DNA of 64,000 nt from Hamiltosporidium tvaerminnensis FI-OER-3-3 (Eukaryota > Fungi > Microsporidia), in assembly GCA_022605425.2 (NCBI GenBank), contig CM061248.1, positions 682,001-746,000 on the forward strand. The letters are read 5' to 3'. The notes beneath the pieces were generated by a model. That model ran no database searches, was not told the origin of the DNA, and worked only from the letters and a program-made list of their open reading frames with translations. Below, piece after piece: positions 24,835 to 38,299 of the stretch (the first letter of the stretch is position 1; each line of letters opens with the position of its first letter). The position numbers and the translations under genes are program-made.

Positions 24835-27800
24835 GGCAAAACTATATTTGACCTAATTTTTCTTTATCTAATTAATAAGTGTACTTTGGTATAAGTTAAA
24901 TCAAAACATTGATTAAGAATTTAAATTAGTAAGAAATTTTAAATTCTTGCTTCGTGTTTTATCAAGAAAAATTAAAAAATATATACCTATCCTTTGAAAA
25001 ATATTTTAAAAATTAGATTTCACAGTTCTCGAAAAAAAAATAGAATCTGTAAGGCTCTTCTGAAAGAAACACGCAAAATCGATTTACCTATGTAACCCTA
25101 TATTCAAATATCTGCAAGTAATCTAAGAATAAATAGTTTTAAATTATTTGCATTTCAAAAATTTAAATTAAACTAAAGTGGTATACTTATATATAATAAT
25201 AGCCAAGGCAAAAAATAATAACGATACAAAAAACTCAGTTATGAATATAATATAAAATGACAATATCAATGAAATATGATTCCAATATTATTTAAAGAAA
25301 AAAAAATATCTCTATAAGATCTCTATGTAATTGTAGATGTAAACCATTTTTTCGATAACGATCTGCAATGAAGTGTGAGATTTAAGTGAATATTGGCCCT
25401 TGAAAGATTTCTACTTTTTAAAACTTAATATCGAAATTAGTATGTATTTATATAAATTTCTAATCTTTTTGTTTTTATGTTTTAATGTATAGACATAAGT
25501 CGGCATTTAATAGTGTTAAGTATTCCAAAAAATTGCGAATTCAGCGGAATTACTTTATTTGTTAGTTCGCGAATATCAAACCAGCAAATCTCAAAATGAG
25601 CAATACAAAAGAATTAATGTATTTAAACATCATTGAATTCATATTAAAAATCTGAGTAGTTTTGGTTTCAATGCATTTAAAAATTTGAAAAATATGAGTA
25701 GGAATATAAATTAAGTTTTATTGCGATATTTTTTGCACATAAAGACTTCGATTATATAATGAAGGCTGGGTGCCATTGTCGAGGAAAAATTTATTAATTT
25801 TAACATATATGAATTAAGTTGCACAATCTTAGAACAAAAATTCAAGATATTTAAATAAAGCGAGACTTCTCTTGTATCTTTCTCGACGCTTCGAAAAATT
25901 AAACGACATACACAAAGAAAAAGTGTTTTAAAATTTTGTAAAAGAAAAAAATGAACATATTTTTGTATTTATATATACAAAGACCTAAGAAATTCAAGAA
26001 TTTATCTCGTTCAGTTATCAATGGTTTATTAAAAAATGATAAGAAGTAATTTAAAATGTTTTTACTAGATTTGTTGGGAAAAAAGCTCAAAACATTAATG
26101 TTATCATAATCAGATTTTAAGCTCTAAATTATGAATTATTTTGATCATGATATTCCTTATTTTTTGCCGTATTCATCATCACTGTTTATTTTACACTCAA
26201 AATTAAATACACAGATTCGTTAAGATCACTACAAAATATCAGAGTTTGTTTATAATTCTGTCATATCGGTATTTTAATTTCAGGAAATATTAAGCACACT
26301 TTAAAATGTTTACCATAAAACCCAATTTATTTATGATGAACATCTATATATTTCCCATGATGTTTATACATTAATTAATTGCGTCTATTGCCATTAAAAG
26401 AAATCCTGTCTATTCAATCCGATTATTATAACATTAAAAATACATAAGCTGTAATTAACCTTAATTAAGAAGCACTACCTTTTTAACCCATTCCGAGAAA
26501 AAGCATACACTCTTTTAGCTTTTACTTACATTGATTTTTCAAAAAATATCCATAGATTAAAAATTCTTTAATTTCAATTATTCGTGATTTTTGTATTTTT
26601 GAAGCATAAATTTATTTTATAATCTACCATTTGAAATATTTTATGATTGTTTTATTATGTCGCATAATATTTTATTAATAAATTTCGATGATAAAGATAA
26701 AATATAATTAAATACATGGCGGCTTTAATAGCGAAAAAGAATTTTTGAATTTAAATTGCGTATTTTTCTTGCTTTTGAATGAGAATTCAAAAGTATACCC
26801 TAAATTGAACCATAAGTGCCAAAAATTACAAAAGAATCAAATTCGATATGAAAGCTGAGCAGTTTTAATTGAATGCAGTATTTGCGCTAAAAATATTCAT
26901 ATAAAAGCTTAATATGAAATTCATCATCGAGAGTTTAAATTTGAACTTTGCAACAGAATTTAAGGTAATAACTTATACCATTAACATAACATAACATATA
27001 TCTTAATCAATTTCTTCCGTATCTTCAAGTGAATTCGTTTTGTTACAAAAATAATTTTTTTCTAATAGGAAACTCTTATAATGTTATATGAAGCGAAACT
27101 TTGAGCAGATTATAACAATACCAGAAATTTATATCACATACTAACAATATATCACATTTTAAAAAACTAATGCCTTACTTTCGTGTCAAAGTGATTTTAA
27201 GCAATATGTTATTGGCGTATTTTGAATTGGATCGTGGTATACCCCAAAAAAGGCTGGATCGATATAGTCTCATGCAAATCGAAAAATATTTTACCCTGTA
27301 AAAATATATGGGCTTTTTTATTAAAAATCTATATTAATTTTGAAAAATCAGGATAAGCTAAAAACTATCTAAATAACTTTAAATACATGTTATATAGTTG
27401 TTTTACGTATTTATTTCTGTTTTTTCACTTTCTTTTGCAATTGAAAGTTTTTTTCGGATTTTTTTTGCTCTTTGTACGTTTTTCTAACAAACACGCACTT
27501 TAAATTTTTATTCTGAGGAACATGGTTTAAATCTGCTTTATGTTTAGCAATTTAATTCGTTCAGTATAAAATATTATAAAGATTACAATGAAATAAAGAT
27601 GATTTTATATATATTTCTGTGTAGTGTCTTTTTCGTAAGGTTTCATTTATTGCTTAAATATATAATTGTTTTACTCCAAAATATTTAAAAATAAAAATAA
27701 GTACATTTTAGTTCCTAAGAATTATCTATTGGTTAATTTGATACTTGATTTATACTTGATTGAAAATAAATCTTTTGAATTTCAAATAGATATAAATTAT

Positions 27801-30800
27801 TTTTTTAAAGTATATATGCCTGCAATACACGTTTGCATAGATGGGACAGAAAATATTTTATCATAATTATGGATTTGTCAAAAGTATTTTAGGCCGCAAC
27901 TAATTAACTTACACAAATTTGATATAGAGAGACCATTCGGAAAATATTTCACATATGTTTCGAAAAAAATTCAATTAATTTTTATGATTTACTATAAATT
28001 TATTTACTCTATAAAACTAACGTTTTGAAAATTACAATGATATGCAATTAATATACAATATTTTAATACTTAAAAAAATTTATACATAATTTCTTCTAAT
28101 GTATTGTTCCTGTGAATAAAACATGTTTATTTTATAAGAAATTTCAATCTAATATATTTTTACAACTTTGCGACAATATTTTAATCTTTAAAAGGGTAAT
28201 AAAAAATTATGTTAGCCTATTAATATCAATCACATAAATAAATATGCCTTTTTAATAAATTTTTCTGTTATATGTCATATTTTAAAAAGGCATAGTACTT
28301 TATAAACACATTTTTAAAATTAAAATTGTTTAAATCGATTAAAATATAAAAATATAAACAAACATAGCTCCGCTTGTTTCAATAAATAAAAATGTGTAAA
28401 AATTCTTATGTTTTTTCACAGGACAAAATAATATAATTCGCAAATCTTATATAGTTTATAAACATGTAAATCCTACAAATTTCGAAAAATCAGATTTGAC
28501 TGGTGAGTAATCTCATGTTATATCAGGAGAAAAACTATAAATCCAATTAAACTATATTTTTGTGGATTATTGCAATCTAAACTCTGTTAAAATAAATTTT
28601 TACGATTTATACCCTCAAGAAAAAAAAATTCATTAATTATTTCCATTCTCGTAACAGATCCAAAATGTATTTAAAATGCTAAATAGTAAGTTTATTTTAT
28701 ATTTTAATTTATTACGTTTCAAATTTTTCACATCGGTTTCAATACCGTGATATATTTATATGCCAGTATTTAAATATAAACAATAATTTTGATATAGTAA
28801 GCTTTTATTTATTTATTTTTTGATTTATATGTATTAAATCTCTTATTATACTTCTTTGCCTCCCTGTATTAAGATTAAATCATAGATTATAATTAAAGTA
28901 TATAATTTAATATTATGGAAAAAAAACTTTAAGCCCACAAACCAGTCTTCTTCTTAATCCTTTCTTGCTTTCAAGTCAATCCTAACTCTAATCTATCCGA
29001 ATTTGGTTTAAACTTCCTGTCTTAATTTTTTTGTACTTGAAAAAAAAGACTCAAGATTTTACAATGAACATGAAAAGCAATTTCTCTTTGAAATATCAAT
29101 TTTTTTAACTATGTCTTATATAATTTTTTCATAGATGCATAAGTTCTAAAGCAATTATACATCAACATTTTAACTTCTTTATTAATATTTGAACATATTA
29201 CAACTCAATATAATTTGTAAAACTACTGATTAAAATCTATATTTCTATGATTCCTATATAAACTTTTACAAAAACCAAGCTTTAGTTATTTTGCTATGAA
29301 ATATATAAATCGAAGATTTTTTGCATCAGATTAGATTCTTTATTATAAGTTTAAGAATCTTAAACATATTGGAAATAATTTAAGATTGTGAATAATAATT
29401 CACAGCTAAAATAGCTATTTTTGATGAAAGTTAATCATTTGCTGCTTCTAGATAATATGAAGTATTTTCCATATATTGAATAGGATTTTTAACAAGCAGA
29501 GATCTATCCCTATTTTTTCTTTCAAATTGTACAGCACTGTTTTTTGCTTTTTTATCATAATATACACCTCTTTTTACCTAAGACAAAACATAATCTACAT
29601 AACAAATTTTGATTTAAAACTTTAACACCGAACTACTTAAAAATAAGTTTCTTTTAATATTTTTACAATTAAATTAAGCAATAATGTGTTATTTCTCTGA
29701 TTTTTTAAATAAAAAATTTTAGAATTTAAATAAATATCATACAAAAAATATTTTATAGTGTAAATATTATACAGTGATAATTTTTATGGTTCATAAATAT
29801 ATTGAAAATAATCTTCATTAGTTCGTTTTATACTAAAATATGATTTTAAAAAATAATTTAGAATTTTTCTTTATTTAGTATTGAATTTGATTTATATTTC
29901 TTTTTGTTTGTTTTAAAATCATTTGTTTAATATTAATTTAGGAATTTTAAAAAAGGATGTAATTATTTGTATGTATTGTTATAGATAACCTATATTAGGC
30001 AATATTTTCATATTATTAGAATCTTCTGTGTATTTTTTATAAATATAATTCAATGTTTTCATGTGTTGTATTATTTTTGGATTTTTTTGATAGAATGAAA
30101 TTTCTTATAGTTTCGTTTTTTTCCTTCATCCAGCTATAGAACATGAAAAACTCGAATCGGTTATAAATTGGCAAAAAAATAATTGTATTAAACTTTTATT
30201 GCATTATATTATGAAAATTAAATTTAAAACTAAAACTCGTGAATTGTAATGTAACAACAAAATTTTACTTTTGCAGATATAGATCTAAAATTGTACAAGA
30301 AAAATAGTTATTTAAATTGTTTCATATTTAAATTTTAATCAAATGCAATAAGTTTATAAATGTTTTGAACTACAATTTTCAACGATAAAAATAGATTTGT
30401 AAAAAAAATTAAGCGCTTGTTTTATCTAAAAATTTTTATATGATATGACTATGAGTTCATTAAAAATACTTTTGTAAAATTAAAGATTTTTTTTGATTTT
30501 CGATATGATCTCAGATGAATATGTGAAAATATTTTAAAACAAGTGTAAATTTAAAGATAGATTAAATCTGTATTTTTTTCTCACAATATTAATTTTAGCT
30601 ATAATCTTCGAATATATGTAAAATAGCTTCGGATTTATATGAATCATAGAGTATTGTGTTAAAACAAATTTTTGAAGTATACATATATTTTTTTCGATAA
30701 CTATAACACCTTATATATTCAAGCCTATGAAATAATTTTCTATAATATTTTGCGGTTAAATGACCTAATTTTTACTATATTTTATATTTGGTTACAGCTT

Positions 30801-32207
30801 TGAAATAATAAGCACCAGAAAAACCTGAGAAAAATTTGAATAAAAAAAATTGGGATTTGATGGTAGTGATCAGAAAATGGTTTATAATATTTTTATTTAC
30901 AATTCTGGGAATGGTATACGATTATTATTGAATTATGACTCTCTGGAAAGTATTTATTTCGTAATTTTATCAAATTTGTCCGCAGTTTCTTTAATTTAAA
31001 CAAATTTTAGACATATTAAATAAATAGAATCTAAGTATAAATAAGAATGAATCGAAATTTATTGTAAAAGCATTTAAGTTTAAGATAAAAATTGATTTCA
31101 TGACGCCAATTTATGTATTTGTTTTTGCTAATACACCTATTATGTGAATACAACTATAAGTACTCTAAAATCTTAACTCATACGTTTGTATTCGTTCTTT
31201 TTTTTTTCTTTAAAAAATCATTTTCTATTTTATAAGAAATAATATTCGGAATCGATTTACCAAATATAAAGAGTATTTTATGCAAAAACATATAATATAT
31301 TTGATATTGAAAAAATAGCCATTTTCTTATGTTTAAATCAAATATTTATTTTTGATTGATCAAATCATCTTATATCTTATAAAACGCATAAATAAATATT
31401 TCTGAATGTGTTATTAGAGATATGTGCGGCTTATTCTTACTTTCACATTTTTAAAGCTTTTAATTGAATATAATTTTAATTCATTTGATACAAAACTTAT
31501 GAAACAATTTTTTCATAAATCTGTTATTTTTTTGAAAAGGTAATAAGTTTACTACGAAACTATAAATTGAAATAAAAGTTAAGGAAAAATTCTCTTAAAA
31601 AATATATTTATTGAAATAATTTTCAATGTAAAACAGAGTCATTGGTAAAAGAAGTATGAGATTATGGGGCTTTTAGACATAAATAGTAATTCAGAACTAG
31701 TTCAATTTTCAGGGAATATAAGTATAAAGTCAAAATAAAAACATAGCTTAATATAACAAATTAGTGTGAAAGCTTCTTTGTATTTTCTAGGCATTCTTAT
31801 AAGTCATCATTAGTAAAATTCATAGTCTTATATATGCTTAGTATTATGTATTATGTAAATCAAATCATCTCTTTGTTGCTTATACATTTATTATGAATTT
31901 ATAAATTTCACAAAGATTTATATGTTCTGGATTTAATTTAGAGCATGAAAAGGTTACTTGTGTAATAATCTAAATCTTTCAAAGGCATTGCTTAATCTTG
32001 GTATTTTCGTATTTAAATAAAGTTTAAAAGGTATCATTTTTCTTAGCTTTGTTCTTTTGCACACCATTCGGCAGATTTCTTATAGATTAAGCATTATGTA
32101 CAATTTTATTATATTTTAAAAATATTTTATAGCTTACTATAATCCTTTTATCTATCGTATGGCATATTTTGAAATTCTTTTTTTTTCTAATATATTCATT
32201 CCAGATA

Positions 32208-33250
32208 GAACATACAAATTTATCTATCAAAGTCTTTACAAATTTTCATTTTTATTTGTTTCGTTTCTTTAGTTAAAATTTCGGCTTTAATGGTTATCAA
32301 TATTTTTATCTTTCGCTTAAAGTCTTATTCTTTTTTATTTTGAATCATAAATTTCGTATATGACAAGAAATTTCATTTTTCTTTGTTATTTTAGATCAAT
32401 ATTTCTTTGGTGGGGAGAGGGGTTGATTTTTGTTTGGAATTCTTCTTTTGAAGTTTCTTTTTTTTCTATAGCTTAAAAACATCAAAAGTTCTAACTTGAT
32501 GAATTTTGCTTTCTATATTCTTCGAAATTTATTTACTACATTACATTTTTTTTCTATTTCTGACAATGCACAATAATAAACATTTTTTCGTTCTCAAAAG
32601 GTCTTCGATTTTTCAGATAAATTTCTATCTTAACCATAAGACCGAATCTTTCGATTTCACACCATTCCTCCATTTTCATTTCTACTTCGAATAGAAAACA
32701 TAATTTCTGTTGTTCTGCACATATATCCTACTTTTACTTTCTTGTCTTACTTCGGTTCCAATGAGTTTTCATTAAAACTAAATCCCCCTCCCCACATTTA
32801 TCTTTTATTTCTCTATAATATTTTTTATACGATGCACAGACTCATCTAATAAGCATCGTTTCCATTTTCCCATTCCGCTATTTCAGAAGAAGATATTGCT
32901 TCTGAATTTTTCATAATTTCTGGGTTTTTTCGCTCTATAAATACTTTTTTTTTGAACAAATTTGTTTCCGGATTAGGAAAATTTGTTTATTCAGATTATT
33001 CTATGATATTCTTAGGTCTATTTATGGAAGGTGATATCAATAAAAACAATGTCTTAAATAAAAATTTGCTATGAATTGTATTTTTCTAGATTAAAATTAC
33101 TTATTCCCTTAATAAATGTGTACAAAATTTGGAAATAGAACTGATTCTACACAAAGTTTAATTTTAAGTTTATAAATGTTTATAATGTAGAAAGCAACTT
33201 TTATAAAAGAAATTTTAATTTGGTTTTAATTTGATTAATTAAATTTTATG
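32208..33250. repeat. ~1-kb segmental duplication, copy 2
   Basis: Direct-orientation match to 22917-23966. Confidence 0.92.
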
Positions 33251-33261
33251 AGGCCAATAAT

Positions 33262-33512
33262 TGTGGAGGGAGGATAACCACATAAAAAATCATCTTTTTG
33301 GCAATGATTCTGTGAAATTGGCATGAAGATCATTGTTTGGATTTTTGGTGGGAATAAAACTACAATAGATTTCCCGTCATCCATAGAATTTGTATGAGAA
33401 GGAGAAGGTCTATGAATAGCGGAACTTTTTCTAAAATTTATTTTCTTTTTTTTATGCTACTAGATCGAATACCGCAGTTGATTTATAGATAATTCCCATT
33501 CAAAAGTATGGA
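33262..33512 (+). repeat. Family B repeat, 5' ~250 nt only (B7), fused to a truncated LINE
   Basis: GTGGAGGGAGGATAACCACATAAAAAA...GATCATTGTTTGGATTT.TGGTGGGAATA matches the B1/B2 head. The match stops at ...ATGGA. Confidence 0.88.
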
Positions 33513-35119
33513 TACTGCTACTCTTCTAGAAGGTGTTAGTGTTCACAAATATTTAGGAATAATAGAAGATAGCTGAGGAATTCCAACACGTAGCTCTGTT
33601 GAGGAAGTACAGAGCAAACTTATATCAAGAGTTAAAAGACTTTGTCACACTAGATTAAACGCAAAAAATTTATTTTTCTGCAATCAATCAACCTGCGATA
33701 TGGTTAATAACTACCACATAGGAGTACTTCGACTCGAACCGGCTGACTTCTCTAAGTTAGATGATGCAGTGCGTGCGGTGTTGGTGAAGAATAAGGTCAT
33801 CTTCTTCCAGGCTGTAAAGAGCGTTTGTATCTTCCTAGAACAGAACTTGGAAGAGGCCTACATAGTGTTGAGTTGCGAAGCGAACATATTCTTCTGTAAC
33901 TCTTGAATTCGTTTGGAAAAAAGTAAAGAAATATCAAGTAGACGAGCAGCAATCCTCAAGGTGGTGAATAATAATAAAATCCATCTTGCACTAATAAAAG
34001 GCTTCTCAAAAGCAAAGTACAGGTTGGTAGAAGAAGTCACTAAGAAAAGTTTAGAAGAAGCTCAACTTACAAAACTATATAACGAAATAGAAAAACGAAA
34101 ACTCCATTCAAAGTTATATAATGCAAGGAAAAATGAGCTTGTGAGTGTTAGTGACTCTTCAAGATGGCTAAAGAGAGGAAATATTAGGCCACGAAATGAA
34201 GCTGTGTTCTGCTATATCCAGGATAGAAATGTATTCTGGGGAGCAGATGGTGTGTGTCAACATCGCGGGAAGTCTGGTAAGACTGTAGATCATCTAGCGA
34301 CTAGATGTGAAAAAATGCTAGGCCATGATTACACTAGACGGCATAATGAAGTGGTTAGATGCCTACACCTACTTCTTCTAAATAGATATAAGTTTAAGTC
34401 TTCAAAACGAATAAGGAGTCACTCAGTTCAAGAAATTCTTGATAATGAGTATGCAGAGATAAGAGTGGACACCAGAATTAAAACTGATGTTAAAATTCGG
34501 AATAACAGACCAGACATATTTATTTTAGATAAGAAGAAGAATAAGATAACACTCATTGAAGTAGCAATCACTTCCCAAGATTCACTTCAAATAGTTGAAA
34601 CTGAAAAACTTGGAAATATGACCTGCTAGCTAATGATTTCGGTCTTATTTATAAGTGTAGTGTAGAGATAATCCCTTATATGATGACCTGGGATGGTATT
34701 GTGACAAAATACCATAAATCTCATCTTAATAGACTAGAAATACCCATGAATGTAGAGGCATACATTCAGTCTATAGTACTTAAGAAGACAGTTGAAACAA
34801 TTTCCTTTGATCGACGAAGAGGACTTGAGTCAGGACTAAATACAAAGAGAGCGTCATTAAGTGTTATTATGAGAGCAGAGATGCATGATAAACCAACACC
34901 ATCTTTAAAAGAAGTGAAGAGAGATGAAGATAGTGTTAAAATTTTAAAAACAAAAAATAATACACCCCATATTTCACAAGGAGGAACCACGTTTGAGGAA
35001 CCGACCAATAAAATAAATGAAGAGTCGGATTTAAAAGAAGAGACAGTATTGGTTAAAGAGGTAGAAGAAAACATGTAAAAAATGGTAAAAATATTTTAAC
35101 GCAGAATTTATTAAATAAA
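33511..35119 (+). mobile_element. 5'-truncated copy of the R4/Dong-like LINE
   Basis: Near-identical to 17323-18945. Encodes RRHNEVV, RPDIFILD and IEVAIT; same 3' end. Confidence 0.93.
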
Positions 35120-35850
35120 CAATTACTAATATATTCATTTTATAATCTTCATACTATTACCCTAATAAATAATTTTCTAAATATTTTGCTTAGTTATGTT
35201 ATCTGCTTTTTTTACAAATTTTAAGGATAAAAGTTAGAAGCTGAACCATTCAAATAGCTTATATATAAAAATTAAGTTATTTTCGATCCAATTTTTGCTT
35301 AAAATACCATAAATTACCACATAGTAAGTTATAAATACTACAATTATTGTAGATAAATTAGATTAAACCACATAAAATATCACAAAATTTATCATTGAAA
35401 TTCATTATTAAAGAAAAAGCAGTAAAATACATTTTGGAAAATTCTTGTAAAAATATAAAACATTAAACAATTTCGAATTCTTTATACATATGAATAGATA
35501 AGTAATTATTGTGACTAAAAATAGGCACGATCTGTGTAAAATTTGAGATAATGTTTTAAAAATCATGAATGTAGAAAGTTTTTTAAAACCGCCTATATAT
35601 TTCTAAGGCAATTAGATATATTCAAATAGAGGGAAACTTAATTTAATAAAAAAAATTGAATCACATCATTAGCAATTATTTTATAGAAAGATCATTAATT
35701 TCTTGAATAAGTGCTAGAATTAAAAAAATAAATCCTCGAGGAAAAGCTTTACGAGTATTATTTAAACCCTGTGAACAAATAAGCTTAAGATTGTGATTTT
35801 CCTTAGACGATTTAAATTTCAAAGAATTAAAACATAATTAAATCATAATA

Positions 35851-36272
35851 GGTATAGAGAGGATAACTACATCAAAAATCATCTGCTTGACAATGTATGT
35901 GTCAAGTTGGTATGAAAATAATCGTTGAAATTTTAGTAGATTATAAACCATACTTGATCTATGGGATGATGCCTTATAATCCCGAATTACAACGGATAAA
36001 AAGAACATAATATAAAAATAAAGAACTTTCGCAAAAATCAATGGCTTGGTCGTAATGATGACCATGACTTATGCAACACGAAAGTAGGAGTTTTGGCATT
36101 GAAAATAAAAAACCTGTGAATTTCGAAGGTATTTGACTCCTTAAACCGGCTTTCCGCAAAAAAGAGTTTACCAATATAACATTTTGAGATGACCAGTGGC
36201 CGAATACTTTGGCGTTAAATCTGTTCATCCTCAACATCGGGAGGTAAAAAAGGACTGTAATATCTAAGCATA
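35851..36272 (+). repeat. Family A repeat, long variant ~420 nt with ~200-nt internal module (A3)
   Basis: A-type head and 3' hairpin (CATCCTCAACATCGGGAGGTAAAA) separated by an insert homologous to the insert in 59003-59409. Confidence 0.8.
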
Positions 36273-36631
36273 ATAAAATATTTGGAATTTCTTATCATGT
36301 AATTTTCTTATAATATGAATCATCGTATACAAAAACAAAATCATTAATAAGTTAAAATACTAAATTAGGAAAATGAATAAAATTCTGCATTATTATGATA
36401 TTACAAAAAGTTTATGTTACTAAAGCTAGTCATTCATAATGTGAGCGTAGTCAGTGATATTTGTGTAAGGATTTGCAAATTTTGAAATTTAGAAAGCTAA
36501 AATGCAGTGTCAGTCAATATATAAATCAAACGTTCATTTTTTTTATTTAGTATTAAGGTGATAGCCATTTATTTATTTATGATGATGAATTTTTTTAAAG
36601 ATAAATTAACTTTCGAATCGAAGTTATAATA

Positions 36632-36856
36632 CTTCTTACTTGTTCCTTTCTCTTTTACGTCTCGGTGTCGAGAAAGAACTACTGGAATTCTCCAATTTCT
36701 TCTTTTAATCTGTTGTAACTCGCGATTATACGGGATGGGCCTATAGATCCAGTTTAGTTTATATCCCACCAAAATGTATAACAATGATTTTCTCAACAAT
36801 TTTATACACTCATTGCCAACGAGATAGTTTTTAATGTGGTTATCCTTTTTCACCTT
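36632..36856 (-). repeat. Family A repeat, full-length (A4), with candidate 11-bp TSD
   Basis: Matches A2, A5 and A6. Flanked by AAGTTATAATA (36621-36631) and AAGTTATGATA (36857-36867). Confidence 0.85.
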
Positions 36857-38299
36857 AAGTTATGATAACAAAATAAATTTTTTCCAGAAAAACGAATAAA
36901 AATTTCGAAAAAATTTAACTAAAAAAGCATAAAAATAGAAGTAGTTGTACCAGACAAGTCTTAAAATTGTCAATACACTGTTTTTTTGCATAAACCTATA
37001 AAATTATCAGATCATTTAAATATAAATTAATAAAAGATTTTGGATTTTGGCTTATATTTTAAGTAATCATATCAACAAATACATACTATAAAAAAAGACT
37101 GATTATTTGCTAAATCAATCTATTTTTTTCTCCAACATCGGCTTTTTCAAAGAATATATTTTTAAAAACTAAATGTAGTTTCTAAAATTGTGGTTTCAAT
37201 CTTTAATTTATCCACTGAACTTTGCAAAGATCAAATTATATCTAGAGGATATTGATTAAAATTTAGAAGTAAATCATAGACAATTATTTTTGATAGCAAC
37301 CTATTCTTCAGTTCCAAAAATAATTTAAAAAATTCTGAAATTTATTATAAAAAAATGTAAAACCTATCATTTAAATTAAAAAAAAATTTAAAAAGTCCAG
37401 AACCAATAAATAAAAATAATAAATGAAGTAAAAATTACCATCAAAATTAAAAAATGATAAATCCTAGAATTTATTTAAGGTTTAAAAACATGAAATATCT
37501 CGTATTTCGAATGTCGATTTTCTAGTAAACTCTATTATATTTTCAAAAAACAGTGTAATATAAGGAATAAAAAAAGATATTTTATGTATACAGAATCAAG
37601 AATGGATATAATTTCTGAGCAAGCAATATAATATCGATAGAACGAATAAATAGCAATGTTAAGAAAGGTTACTGTTAAAAAAATTTAAAAAATCCCGATT
37701 TAATTAAAAAATCATAGCATAATATTCAAATTTGCAAAGAAAGCGAATTGAGATGTTAACAATAAAAACATGGTTCTATTTCTATTATTCTACGAGGACG
37801 GAATTATTAGTATATTTACCTTGAATAATAACTGCATATTTTAATGAATATATAATCATCTTTGTAATATATGCATCATAATTTACATTTTAGCAAAAGA
37901 GACGATTATAAGTCTATTTTGCAAATATTATTACCTTTTATGTATTTTCTTGAAATTTTAGTAAAAATATTATAAAGTTAGATTATATTTTATTCGTTTA
38001 TCTATGAGCTTTTTGACATACATTTAAATATATAAATCCTGAATGATATGGCGGCGTTTATGAAGTTTGCAAGAAAAAATTGTTTGAAAATTAACAGTAA
38101 ATGTATCAGCTAAAAATTATACATGAAGGAAAGACACCATAACTATTTTAAAGACAAGAAGTAGGTTAAATGTGCCTTCCACTTCCTAGATTTATTAAAT
38201 ATTTAATAAACATTCAAGTAAAATGCAATAATTTATTAAAACTTACGCAATATATATTTAAATCAAAAAAAACTTATAGTTACTTATCATATTTTTTGA

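Noticed and set aside
36569-36853. Short ORFs overlapping A/B repeats (36569, 50319, 58041, 46250, 35838, 35974)
   Set aside because: Frames are not conserved among repeat copies; similar peptides (KDNHIKN.L.GNEC) only reflect the shared DNA head.
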